Positions 1 through 11,733 of a stretch of DNA of 64,000 bases are shown one piece after another. Numbering within the stretch: position 1 is the stretch's first letter; each line of letters opens with the position of its first letter. The translations under genes were made by a program, and so were the position numbers. Below the pieces are notes generated by a model, which did not search any database, was not told the DNA's origin, and saw only the letters and a program-made list of their open reading frames with translations. The stretch covers positions 22,258,001 to 22,322,000 of the forward strand of contig OZ024754.1 of assembly GCA_964016885.1 (NCBI GenBank). Direction: 5' to 3'. The stretch is from Eledone cirrhosa (taxonomy: Eukaryota).

Positions 1-474
1 ACATTAGTCAAACTACTGTAAATGTATTGGTATAAATATGTACTAATATCTACATCTGACATTAATTCGCTTCTCATATTTTGGGATATGTCTCATATAC
101 CTGATAAAGTCAGAAAGTCAATTCAAACTTTTCCTTTCTCCAAAAAATATATAAAATTGTTCTTAGATGAATACAGTCTCTCGGAAAGAAATTGGGGTAT
201 GGTATTGTCAAATTTCAATCATATTTTAACCCTTTTCTGGCCTAAAGATAAATCCCAGCATTTGATCTATTCACCACCTTAATCTTGGTTCTTGCGACTG
301 TTATCTACCTTTCATAGAAACTAACTACACTTCTTTTACCAATAATAGAGGAAATTATAATCTTAACTCGCACATCTATCTGTATACTCTAGTTTCTATC
401 AATTCAGACTTCTAACTTAACCATGCTACATATAATATAGGGACACTTCTACAATATAGGGATTGAATTAATCC

Positions 475-690
475 TTTACCGTGTGTATCCATAACATAGT
501 TCTCATGGAGTTGAGATGTGACAAGGCTGGCCTTTTGAATTACAGGATACAACTCATTTTCCCCAACTGAGTGGACTGGAGCAAAGTGAAATAAACTATA
601 TTGCTCGAGAACACATGTTGATGGGAATAAAACTCATGGCATTAGGATTGTGAGCTGAACACCCTAACCACTAAGCCAGGTGTCTTCACA
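475..690 (-). mobile_element. Degenerate tRNA-derived SINE with CORE-like segment
   Basis: The reverse complement reads TGGCTTAGTGGTTAGGGTG (A box), a decayed B box and TTCTCGAGCAATATAGTTTATTTCACTTTGCTCCAGTCCACTCAG. The head is homologous to the SINE at 47416-47629. Confidence 0.65.
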
Positions 691-1520
691 ATAGCTATTC
701 TACATTATCTGTGAACTGGTGTCTATTGGATATTGAATAATTGTAATTCTTGGATGTAATAGCCAACCAATTTCCAACCCTTGCTCACAGAGAAAATGGA
801 TGTTAAATGATGATAATGGTGACTTGATTTCTCACAACTAATCTTTCCTCTATAACGGATGTTCTTAGAGACCCAGGTCACATTGCTCTCTTTGCAATCT
901 CGGGTTTCTTCAATACCTCCCCATTTTAAATTGTCATGTAATTTTTTTCTTACTCAAGTTCCATATTAACATGATGAGCAAGGCTTTTAAACCTCAATTA
1001 TTGTATAGTCCTAAAGAGGATTATGTCTGAAGTAGCAGTTTCTTTGTAAACCTTGTTCTAATAGTTAAATATATTGGTATTCCAGTTGAGATATACACAA
1101 TCTACACTATTTTCCCCCAGTTTGGATTCCTCACCTGGCAGCCAAATGCCTCCCTTTTGAAAATCATTGCATCTGTAGAATTCAAGGATGGATGCTCCTC
1201 CCACTAACCATATTTCATAGCCGGGGATGTTGAATACCTGGAATTAATAATCCCAGAGTTGTGGCACTTGCAGTGATGATCTGTGAAGTGGAAGACAAAA
1301 CAATCACACCCGCTTATATCATCATCATGATGCTTTATATCCCATCATGTTGGGACCAAAATTCTGGCATATTCTGTCCTTGGAGCTGGCTGACCTCATA
1401 TCACCTCCATTCAGACATTCCTGCTTCACTTGTCTCTCTTTTTCTTATCACCCATATTATGTCTTGGTACAGTTCTAACCACTTCGTCCAATCCTTCGAA
1501 ATTTCACAACCTGCAATGAT

Positions 1521-1716
1521 TTAATCTTTTTGATGTAAAGCTGCCCCTGGTTTACAATATAAAGCTGTTTGTTTTTATAATAATTTTATGTAAAAACCAA
1601 AGTTATGTTCCAAACACTAGCTTAATAATTATAGTACTAAGTCCTTCCAAATTCTTGATTATTTTCAAAATTATTTGAAAATCATATCTTTCGTTTGAGA
1701 TATGGTAATGAAAGGG
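1521..1716. mobile_element. Decayed piggyBac-like MITE
   Basis: The right end reads TGGTAATGAAAGGG followed by TTAA. The left end is degenerate (TTAATCTTTT). Size and ends resemble 3602-3822 and 5500-5698. Confidence 0.45.
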
Positions 1717-2286
1717 TTAAACTGAATGTCAACAGCATCAATCTTATCGGCTTCAAAGAGCCTGCAAATGCCATCAGCCTAGCCCTTTAGCAGAGAAAAA
1801 AAATACATGTGCTAAATACAGGTCAGGTGATCAAAGCGTTACAGTAACGATCTATTAACAACTTACATATAAGACCCTAGATTTATGGGTGGTGGTGAAT
1901 TATATCAAGCTTGTAACATACTCTCTTACCATCCTCCGGGGAAAGCCTCTCCATTCTGTCCGCCGGGGCTGTGGGGAGGCCAGCACATTGGACCCTCTTT
2001 GCTCACCATATATAGAGATGGATGCAATGACAGTGGGAGTTCGGCACTACCACGTACGGACCATATCTTTATGGTTGTGTTCATCAAACCTTAGTGCAGT
2101 AATGAAATATATGTAAAAATAATTAACCTTACTTTTCCTATCGTTCGTTATAATATTATTTATTTGTTTATTCTATATTTTCTACTTAGTAAACCAGGTC
2201 GTGGACCCCTCCTCTCTCATCCTCTACCTCTCCTACTCGGATGCTTGCCTCTCTATGGTAGTAGCAGTAACAGTCGTAGAAATAGT

Positions 2287-2547
2287 TCTTTCTAACATTG
2301 GTACAAGGCCAGCAATTTTTGAGGGAAGGGAAAGTCGTTTATATCCATCCCTTGTACTTGACTAGCACTTTGTTTTATCTCTGAATGTCGAAAGGCTAAG
2401 TTAACCGCGGTGGAATTTGAACTCAGAACGTAAAGAGCTGGAAGCAATCTGAGATGTAATAATAATGGTTTCTGATTTAGGCACAAGGTCAACAATTTTC
2501 GCGGTGAGGGGAATATCGATTAAGCCGACCCCAGTTCGTTATGGTAA
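2287..2547 (-). mobile_element. Two fragments of a cephalopod-type tRNA-derived SINE
   Basis: Both match the reverse complement of the 5721-5903 element: ACAAGGCCAGCAATTTT...GGAATTTGAACTCAG, plus a second 3' piece starting at about 2467. Confidence 0.6.
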
Positions 2548-2923
2548 TTCTGGTTTCTAATTTAGGAGGGTCGATTATGGACGACTCCGAGTGCCCCTAC
2601 CTCCAGTACTTCAATGTATAATAAACATCACGCATTCCTAATTCCTCCTTTCTATATCAACTTTGATGTTGCTGTGTCTGTCTAACTGTAATATCCTAGT
2701 CTATTTGATAAACTCTTTACTATGTAGTTTTGATGCTCGATAAAAACCGTTTCCGCTCCTGAAGTTGTTGTTAATGTATTTTTTGAGAAATCTATGAACC
2801 CCACACAACCACATATACAACCCTTCTCTTCCCGAGGACAGAAATAGTTACTACTACTAATAATAATAATAATAATTCTAACTACTACTACTAATTCTAC
2901 TACTTTTGCCACCAACACTACTT

Positions 2924-2926
<3 letters not shown>

Positions 2927-2995
<69 letters not shown>

Positions 2996-2996
2996 T
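2927..2996. repeat. (TA)n(CA)n microsatellite
   Basis: Directly visible. Confidence 0.95.
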
Positions 2997-3089
2997 TTTG
3001 TTCATATTTTCAAATAACTTTCTCCCTCATTTCACCATTCAGTATGCACTTTCAGGATTTTAAAGTTTGATCGATACTTTTTTTGTCAT

Positions 3090-3220
3090 TGACTAAAGAT
3101 CTCGAATGAAGAAAATGAAAATATCTCATTCAATTTACTGTATTCATTTCGCACGCTCCCTTTAGACACATCAATCGGATGAGATATTTTAATTTTATCA
3201 TTCGAAATCTTTTGTGGCCG
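3090..3220. repeat. Imperfect inverted repeat with about 45-bp arms, possibly an old MITE
   Basis: AAAGATCTCGAATGAAGAAAATGAAAATATCTCATTC pairs with GGATGAGATATTTTAATTTTATCATTCGAAATCTTT. Confidence 0.5.
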
Positions 3221-3295
3221 ATGCCTGTTTTAATATATACATATTATTAAAATAGTATTGTGAAATATTAAACCAGATAATTAGATTCTTTTTTC

Positions 3296-3327
<32 letters not shown>

Positions 3328-3601
3328 TCGACACAACTGGTTCCCTCCAAATTGATGTTTATGATTTTGTAAGTACGGAAGGATATCAGGGAGATAATCG
3401 TGTAACATTTTATTATGGAAAATGTAGAGAAAAGGGAAGCATAAAAAATAGGAAATGTTTCGGTTTTTTACAGACTTTCATTGTTAAATTTTCATTGTCG
3501 AAATGTGAAGATGAAATTTAAAGAAAAATTCTTCAATTATTGAATATGAAGACAATAAGAAATCAGGGAGTTGGGCATTCATTACTAAGATATATGGGTA
3601 A

Positions 3602-3822
3602 CCCTTTTGGTACCAACCCCAGAAACTGCCAATTTTAAAATGTTCGTACTTAATATTAAAACTTTCTATCAAAGTTTTATTTAATATATTTTTTTAAAAT
3701 AATTTTCCAAGCATCAGCTTATTAATGTTAAGTTATTTTAATAAATTCAAAGTTTTTGATTATTTTTTTTTAATCGAAACATGTAGGCAGTTTATTTCAT
3801 TAGAAATATGGTAACAAAAGGG
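3602..3822. mobile_element. piggyBac-like MITE
   Basis: Terminal inverted repeats CCCTTTTGGTACCA...TGGTAACAAAAGGG, with TTAA-like flanks. Confidence 0.6.
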
Positions 3823-4135
3823 TTTAAAATATCAAGACACCAGCAGCAATCCAACCAAATAATTTACATACAGTACTACATAAAATTATCCAAATTTACT
3901 ATCTAGATTGTATCACTTATATCCTTCCATACTTACTGTTCGTGACCATCAATTTTCGGGATTTGTGTTATCCAGTTGTGCCTTAAATATTTCTTTTTTT
4001 TTAAATTAATTTATTTCTAAGGATTATAGACATACGACATTATACAATATTTTTCAGGTCTCCCAAAACCCTTGGGCTCTGCTCAAAGTGTTACAAGGGT
4101 AAGTACATATACAGACTCATTGTGATATAGGCCTA

Positions 4136-4167
<32 letters not shown>

Positions 4168-4227
4168 ATACATATCTATTATGATACATTTTAAATAATA
4201 AATATATCACAATATATATTCTATTCT

Positions 4228-4270
<43 letters not shown>

Positions 4271-4594
4271 CTAAGTGTTTGTCTGTGTGTGTGTTTCCCA
4301 TCTACACCTTAATTTCTAAAGTCTAAAGGCCAGCTCATTTGATTAAGCAGTTCTAATAATGGTTTCTGATTTAGGCACAAGTCAACTGTTTGTTTGTTCT
4401 TTCTTTTATATGTTTGTTCTTTCTTTTATATTAACAATGCAGTGTCATATGTGTTTATATAAAAGGAAAGTACAATGTTTTGGTGAAATATTGTTATATG
4501 GTGTATATATGTTGCAGTTACACCCTAGTTTCTATTAGTTTATATATATATATATGTGTGTGTGTGTGTAAAACAGTCAAATATTGTTTAATAA

Positions 4595-4712
4595 TTGTTT
4601 CTGATTTAGACAAGGCCAACAATTTTGGGGGAAGGGGAAAGTCGATTACATCGATCTTGGTGCGTTACTGGTACTTTATTTTATCGACCCCCGTAAGGAT
4701 GAATGGTAAAGC
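4595..4712 (-). mobile_element. 3' part of the cephalopod-type SINE
   Basis: ACAAGGCCAACAATTTTGGGGGAAGGGGAAAGTCGATTACATCG...CTGGTACTTTATTTTATCGACCCCCGTAAGGATGAA is the reverse complement of the 5721-5903 family. Confidence 0.7.
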
Positions 4713-4876
4713 TAAATAATAATGAAAATTATTTAGTACAGTGCACTACAACACATCAGAAAAGGAAGCCAAAAGTGCATGTATAGTACACAGAATAATG
4801 TACTGAAGTCTGGAAAGTGAACACTGTATGAGTCATATACACACCACACATGCACACTTGTGTGTGGAGGGGGATA

Positions 4877-5092
4877 TCAGGTGTAGTGTTGGCGGATTTC
4901 AGGAGGCAAGGAAGTTTTGAAGGATGCAGTGTCCCGAAAACTAACAACTGATGCAGGTAGTTTGTTGCATGCTTCAGCAACTCTGAGCATGAAAAAATGC
5001 TTCCGAAAGTCATGGGAGCTGTACTGTTTTCTGACTCTGTAAACATGTCCACGGATACTCAGCTGATCCTTGGTTTCAACCCATGTATGCAT
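4877..5092 (-). mobile_element. 3' fragment of a CR1/L2-group LINE ORF2
   Basis: The translation RGHVYRVRKQYSSHDFRKHFFMLRVAEACNKLPASVV...FKTSL fits the CR1-type C-terminal pattern RGH..K...R..FF..RV...WN.LP..VV....FK..L. Confidence 0.7.
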
Positions 5093-5499
5093 GAGCTTTC
5101 AAATATTATTGAAAGCCCCCTGTTAGATTTTTAAATCTGAGATTGAATTTTTACTATCTTGAATATTAAGTATACTTTATTATATTGTATTAAACTTTTA
5201 CTTTATTATATTATTTTAAATTAAATATATTAATAACCAATAGTCACAGGTCTAATGTCATAAAGTTGGGATTTATTGCAATTCTTTACAATATTTATTT
5301 ATTGTTTCAAGTACTGCCCTTGGTCAGTTCCTTTATTTGGATTTGAAGCAGAGTGGAGTGTTCTCTGGTTTCCATTCCTTATAAGAATGATTTTTATTTC
5401 CACTGGTGCTTTACCACTTATCACAAATTTAAAAAAAATTCTTTTAAGAATTAACGTGTTAAGAAATAAGATAAAATGTTATTTTCAGTAATAGTTTAA

Positions 5500-5698
5500 C
5501 CCTTTCATGATTGCATTTCTAATGAAATACAGTCTATTTTAATTAATTAATGAAGAATTTTAAGGGATTTACTAAAATTATTAATCTTTTAATTACTAAG
5601 ATAATAACTTAATGTAAAATCATGTTGGAAAACTTTAAAATAGGTGATTTTATTTCACAGAATCATAGTTGGTTTTGGCCAGTTTGCTAACGAAAGGG
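5500..5698. mobile_element. piggyBac-like MITE with TTAA TSD
   Basis: TTAA|CCCTTTC...GAAAGGG|TTAA, non-coding, about 200 bp. Confidence 0.7.
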
Positions 5699-5720
5699 TT
5701 AACATTAATTAAAACTGTTT

Positions 5721-5903
5721 GGTGGATTGGCAGTATCGGTAGAGGGTCGGACGCCATGCTTTCCACCATAGTTACGTCCCTTTACGATCTGAGTTCAAAT
5801 CCCACCGAGGTTGACTTTGCCTTTCATCCTTACGGGGTTGATAAAATAAAGTACCAGTAATGCACTGGGTAATTGCTGGCCTTGTTCCTAAAGTAGAAAC
5901 AAT
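5721..5903 (+). mobile_element. Cephalopod-type tRNA-derived SINE
   Basis: An A-box-like TGGCAGTATCGG and a B box GAGTTCAAATCC are followed by GACTTTGCCTTTCATCCTTACGGGGTTGATAAAATAAAGTACCAGT. Several other copies lie in 2.3-4.7 kb. Confidence 0.75.
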
Positions 5904-6187
5904 TAATTAAAACTGTTTTTACTTAATGCACTGTACTTATTTAATAAACGTGAATTAGCTATATGGCAGTTACAAAATTGTATTAGGAAGTATATAATTC
6001 ATGTTGAACATATATCTGCAGCAGAATTACAACAGAAATCCAATGTGGCTTCATTAAGATCAATTTCATGCATTTATAACTCCTCTTAAACTGCTAGGAC
6101 ATAATATATATATCTTGCATGTAATTTATTTATTACATATATTACAATATACAATACTATATTGTAATTTATATTAATATTAATATA

Positions 6188-7553
6188 TCATCATCATCTT
6201 TGTTTAACGTCCACTTTCCACACTAGCATGGGTTAGACGGGAGTTGTCCCACTTGAGACAAGGTTGGTCGGGTGACCGTGTCTCGCTCATATAGGACTAT
6301 CTGGCAGGTTTTCTACGGCTGGATGCCCTTCCTAACACAAACCACATTTAGAGTGTGGAACTGGGAACTTTTACCGTGTTACCTACACGGCCACATTACA
6401 GCGTGGACTGTGTGTTTTTTTTCTCGTGACACCTACATGATCTCGATCTCATTTATCTCATTTATTTGGACTGGATGTTGTACCAACTTTATAGAGAGAG
6501 GGTGGTGTTAGTGGGAGGATAGGGTAGGGGTAGTGGATTGGGGTGTATATTTGGTTAAGAGGTGCCTACTGACTGTAGGTTTCGCTTTGTACATAGGCAA
6601 GGCAGGTCTTCTGTATTACTGTGTAGCGCCAAAGATCTCGGTCCAGTGACATTGTCTTAGAGAGGTGCAAGTGTGTAAGATCGGAATTTATCAGATCGTC
6701 CCAGGTTTTTCTGGGTCTACCTACTCCGTAACTACCATCAATTTTGATCGCCCCCTGCACTTTTTTATACAGCTGTCGCCTTTCATGCGCATCAGGTGGC
6801 CATACAAACGTAGTCTTTTCTCGAGTAAACAGCATCTGATCCCTCTTATTCCTAATTTCTCACTTAGTTCATTTATGCTTTGCTGTTCACGTATATTACT
6901 ATTACACATCCAACGGAGCATGCATGCTTCGTTCCTTTCCAGTCTACGCAGGTCCTCTGAACGCAATGCCCATGTCTCACTGCCATGTAGCATTGCTGTT
7001 CGTATACAAGCATCATACAATCTGCCTTTCATTTTTAGAGAGAAACCTTTTGTGGCCAACAGCAGTATAAGCTCTCTGAACTTTTTCCATCCCGTTCTGA
7101 CTCTAGCTACTGTACTTTCAAAACACCCTCCGACTCTAGCTACTGTACTTTCAAAACACCCTCCGACTCTAGCTACTGTACTTTCAAAACACCCTCCACC
7201 ACTGCTGATTTCGTCACCCAGGTAACGGAAAGTGTCTACTATTTCTATAGAACCATCTGGGCAATAGAAGGGGCTAGTATCCTGTAGACACTTGCTACCT
7301 ATTGCACCTGAGCATCGGCCACATATAAAGTCTACGTTCTTAGATAGTTTACCTGTGATCCCACTACATCTTTTATGTACCCATACTTTACATTTGGGAC
7401 ATAAAATTGAATTTCTGCCTACTCCTTTCCTACACACTGAGCAAGGCCATTTCCCAAAGGGTACCTGTGCCTTATTTTCCTTTCTACAAACTAGGACTTT
7501 AGTCTTAGACAAGTTAACTTTAAGGCCTTTTGATTCTAGGCCATGCTTCCATA
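6188..7553 (-). mobile_element. 5'-truncated RTE LINE (subfamily B-like) with (GAT)n tail
   Basis: The ORF at 6721-7659 encodes the RT C-terminus (FRYLGD, LYDACIRTAMLHGSETW, RLRLYGH, GRPRKTW). The 3' UTR ends GGACGTTAAAC followed by (GAT)n. Confidence 0.92.
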
Positions 7554-7934
7554 TGTACATATATATATCGTCATCATTGTTTAACATCCATTTTTCCATG
7601 CTAACATGGATTATATATATCTTTAATAAGACAATACATGGTTGTGCTAACTCTGACAAGGAGATGGTAATGTTATAGTCCTTTTCCCTACATATCTCTC
7701 ATAGTTTTGACAAGAATTTCAGTGATCATGTAGCAGCTATTTATAACTGCCTACCTACTCGTCAATCTATAGCTATCTATTTATGTATAGTTACCAATAT
7801 ATCTATTTTCAGACAAGAACAACAAAGCCCAAATCTCAATAGCAGTCCAAAAGTAGATATATAGGTTAAATGAATTCATTATAACATAGTGGATATTTGT
7901 TTGATAAATGACTGTAAAATGAAATACAGCAATT

Positions 7935-8915
7935 GTCAGAGTGAAAAGGTCAAGGAAAATTGAGGATTCCAGTATCTTTAGGTGTCAGTAAACATAGCAA
8001 AGACTTGAATTTTAGTGAATAGGAAAGAAAAGTCCCAGTTGCCATCAAGGAAGTGGCCATGCTCAATATGCAGAAAAGTCGTAGTTGAGAACGCTATACA
8101 ATGCTCTCAATATGGGTACACAAGAAGTGTAGTGGGATCACAGGCAGCATAACAGAAAATGTCAACTTTGTATGTGACAGATATACAGGAATAGGTGGTA
8201 ATAAGAGCATCAGGGAAATAAACTTTTTTCCAGTCTCAATAAGGATCCATAGAAATGGTTGATAGCTTCTGCTACCTAAGTGATTTAATTTAGCAATGTT
8301 GGAGGTTGCTTTGAGAGTATAGTAATTAAAAAATATTTAGGGAGCTACTATATCTGTTGACAATGAAAGGTTTCTCTCTATGAATGAAAGGCTGGCTGTA
8401 TGATGCCTATATGTGATGTTGCATAGTAATGAGATATGGGCAGTGAATGCAGGGGAAAGGGAAAGACAAAGAACATGCTTTGGTGGATGTGCATGAATGA
8501 CAAAACGTAGATGAGCTGACAGAAAAGCTAGGTATAAGAGGAATTGGATGTAGTTTGCAGGAAAAAAGACAGTGCTGGTATGGACATGTGATGTGTATGG
8601 ATGATGATGATCGTTGGGTGAAATGCTAAGAGACTAGGTATAAGAGGAATTAGATGTAGTTTGTAGGAAAGACAGTGCTGATATGAACATGCATTGTGAT
8701 GTGTATGGATGATGATTGTTGGGTGAAGTGCTAAGACATCCCAGTGGAAGGAAGCTACTGTAAAGGCTAATCACGGAAGACTTGGCAGAAGTTGTGAGCT
8801 GATTGCAAATTGCTGAAGCTCCCAGAGGAGATGGCGAAAGGGATGAAATGAGTGGAGAAATGGTGTGTTGGAAAAGACTTATCTAACTCAATATGGACAG
8901 AAAACAATGATGATA
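7935..8915 (+). mobile_element. Old, degenerate RTE LINE fragment
   Basis: Recognisable but stop-riddled homology to the younger RTE copies: TGGGTACACAAGAAGTGTAGTGGGATCACAGG, GATAGCTTCTGCTACCTA, TGGTATGGACATGTGATG. Confidence 0.8.
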
Positions 8916-8946
8916 ATTATATTCATGATTGTACAGCTTTTCTCAC

Positions 8947-9879
8947 TCTGAAGGGCAATAATAAATAGGAAGGGGCTAAGGACAGAGCTCTGATGAACAC
9001 CAACATTTACGCTAAATTCTTCACTATATTTGTTGTTAATTCTAACTTGCTGACTGTTTCTTTATACATGGCTTGTATAGCTCTCACAAGCCATTCATCA
9101 ACTACTAGTTTTCTAAGGGCCCACCAGATAATGGCATGGGGTCTCTGTCAAATGCTTTCTCCAAGTCAACAAAAGCTAAGTATAGGGGTTTACTTTTAAC
9201 CAGGTGTTTCTCCTGTAGTTGTCGTACAAGGAAAAGGGCGTCTGTGGTACTTTTACCCGACACAAACCCAAACTGCATTTCATCTAGATCAATTCACTCT
9301 CTGATTAGTTGCGCTATAACTTTTTCCGTGACCTTCATGACCTGGTCAATTAATTTAATGCCTCTGTAGTTTCCCCTATCTAGGGCATCTCCTTTACCCT
9401 TGTAGCAGTTAATGATGATGCTGCTACACCAGTCATTTGGTATGACCCCGTTCTGTATGACTTGGTTTACTATCCGAGTGACCAGAGTGTGTCCCACCAT
9501 TCCAGATGCTTTCAGCATTTCAGCAACTATTTCCGAAGGCCCAGCTGCCTTGCCTGTCTTCATATCTTTGATTGCCTTACTTATTATATTACCTTCAACT
9601 TGCACTGCTGGTCCCTCTATTGGATCGATGTGGAGCAGACTATCTTTTTCCCATTTATTCTCCTCGTTTAGTAGCCACTCGTAGTGACGCTTCCAAGCTA
9701 TCTTCTTATCAGCATCAGTGATGGCAAGTACACCATCATCATTACGGACACACTTCTCCCACACAATATCACGATTTTCCTTGACACATTGCCTAGCAAT
9801 CCTGAACACCTCACGTTTTTGAACATCGCATTGTAGAACATGCTTGAACTTTCTTTCCTCTGCATCCCTTCTTGCAATA
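8947..9879 (-). mobile_element. RTE LINE fragment (N-terminal half of RT)
   Basis: The ORF at 9294-9809 contains KTGKAAGPSEIVAEMLKA and YKGKGDALDRGNYRGIKL, continuing in decayed form to SVLSP.LFII. Confidence 0.9.
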
Positions 9880-11733
9880 TCTATATATATATAAAGTGAA
9901 GTTGGGCGTTGTTTGTTTGTTTGGTGTCCCGAACTTGCAGGCTACACCATTCATCCAATTTTCATGAAACTTGACACATATATAAAACTCGACCCGTAGA
10001 TTGGAATAGGTTACTTGAAATTTTTGAAAAATATTGGATAATCGGATATCCCAGAGGCATCTATATCTTCACAATTTGTCCGATTTCAATGAAATTTTAT
10101 ATTACCACAATAATAGATCCATTAGGAGTTACTCCAAGGCTGCAAAAATTCAGAAAGTTTTTTTAAACTCATAAATCATGCATTAAATGAAACCTTTAAG
10201 AGTTAGGGCAGACAATTATTCATAGTTTAATTATCAATGGCGCAATATTGTGGAAATATGCAAATCTACGCCTTTCTTTATGGGAAAATGGAAGGCTTTA
10301 CAAACAGATATTCAGGATTCTTTGAGTAGAATTCTTAATTCTTAAATAATTGTACAGCCAACAAAATATATGACAGAATGTTTTTCATATTTTTTTCAAA
10401 AATCTTTCGATTTCAATGAAATTTAATGTGTATGTTTTCGAACACAAGCACTTTTAGTTTACACCTGGCCCAATCAAAATCAATTTCATATGCCCATATA
10501 AGCACGCACACACTGTGACTCACGCGCATTATTGATTGGATGGCTTGTCTATACCACAAGCAGTATGTTTTCTCAACGATAGATACACAAACAGGTATGC
10601 ACGCACGTGTGAACCGCCTTTTTCTCTTTGTGTGTATCCGCTTTTTGTGAACAACAATAAATCCGACCGTCTCACTAAACGGACCTTTACAGAATTTGCC
10701 CACTTACTTATCGGTGAGTTCGTGTTTATTTATTTAGACTACTTGCATGCCATTTCAGTTAAATTTAATTCATTTTTCGCCTTCCTTAAATTTAAAATTC
10801 CCCATTGGGATTAGGGGATTGTCGACATCTTAGCGTTAAACTTTTCATATTCCCCCTTATTCAAGTGCTAATACAGTATTATCCCTATCTGAAAGGAAAC
10901 CAAATTTAATGGTGTCTTTTGTGATGCTAAAAGCGGTGAGTAAATTTTCAAACAGTCTTAAATAATCATGCTTTTTGAAGATCATTTACTAAATAATACT
11001 TTGACCAAGTTGTATTGGACACATACAAAGTTGTAAAAAATGTTACGTCCGTACCAACTTTTTCCTTTTTTAAACAAAAGGTTCTAAAAAATTACTTAAT
11101 TCATAACACTACTGTCACAGCCTTTTGCACAGGAAGTGAGTAAGTTTTAGGGTTTTTAAACGTAAGTTCACCAGGGTTTGTGTCTTTTCCATTATTAGCC
11201 CACCTCTAATGGCATTTTTTGTTCTGTTTACGACTAAATGTTATGAGCGTATTTGAAAATTGCTATTCTTTAATTTTTTAATTAGTTGTCATAGACCATC
11301 TGCATGCAGATAAACACTGACAGCTAATAAAAATTCGATAATTTGCTTATTAAGACATCGGTCAAAAAAAGAGATTGACTGTACTTTAGAAAATTATCAT
11401 TTAAAACCAGGTTCGCGCAATGGGGTGTATGGCCAACCAGGAAAATGCTATCTTCTTTACTTTTAGTCTAGATCTATTACTTCTGTTAGAGCCGTGATTG
11501 ATTACCATTGTATTATTTATACATAAGGCTCACCGGAGTATAAAGCGCAGAGCTGTTTTTTGATGAAATTTAGGTATTTTAAGTGCACTTTATAGGCCGT
11601 AAAATTCGGTAAGTTATTATAATCATATTTCCAAACCTTCCCATTCACCAGTAACCATGCTAGCGAATCTGGTGTCACCTCTCTCTGTACTTAATCACCC
11701 CTCTCTAACCTAACAGCTTCGTTACACGTCGTT

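Noticed and set aside
6665-7225. Long antisense ORFs over RTE and L1 copies (also 16738, 44727, 45213, 59306 and within 49-52 kb)
   Set aside because: These are shadows of LINE coding sequence with no independent motifs.
6188-9879. A single RTE copy interrupted by 7554-8946
   Set aside because: The pieces are collinear, but about 100 bp is missing, there is no TSD, and the intervening DNA looks older. They were left as separate fragments and the question is unresolved.
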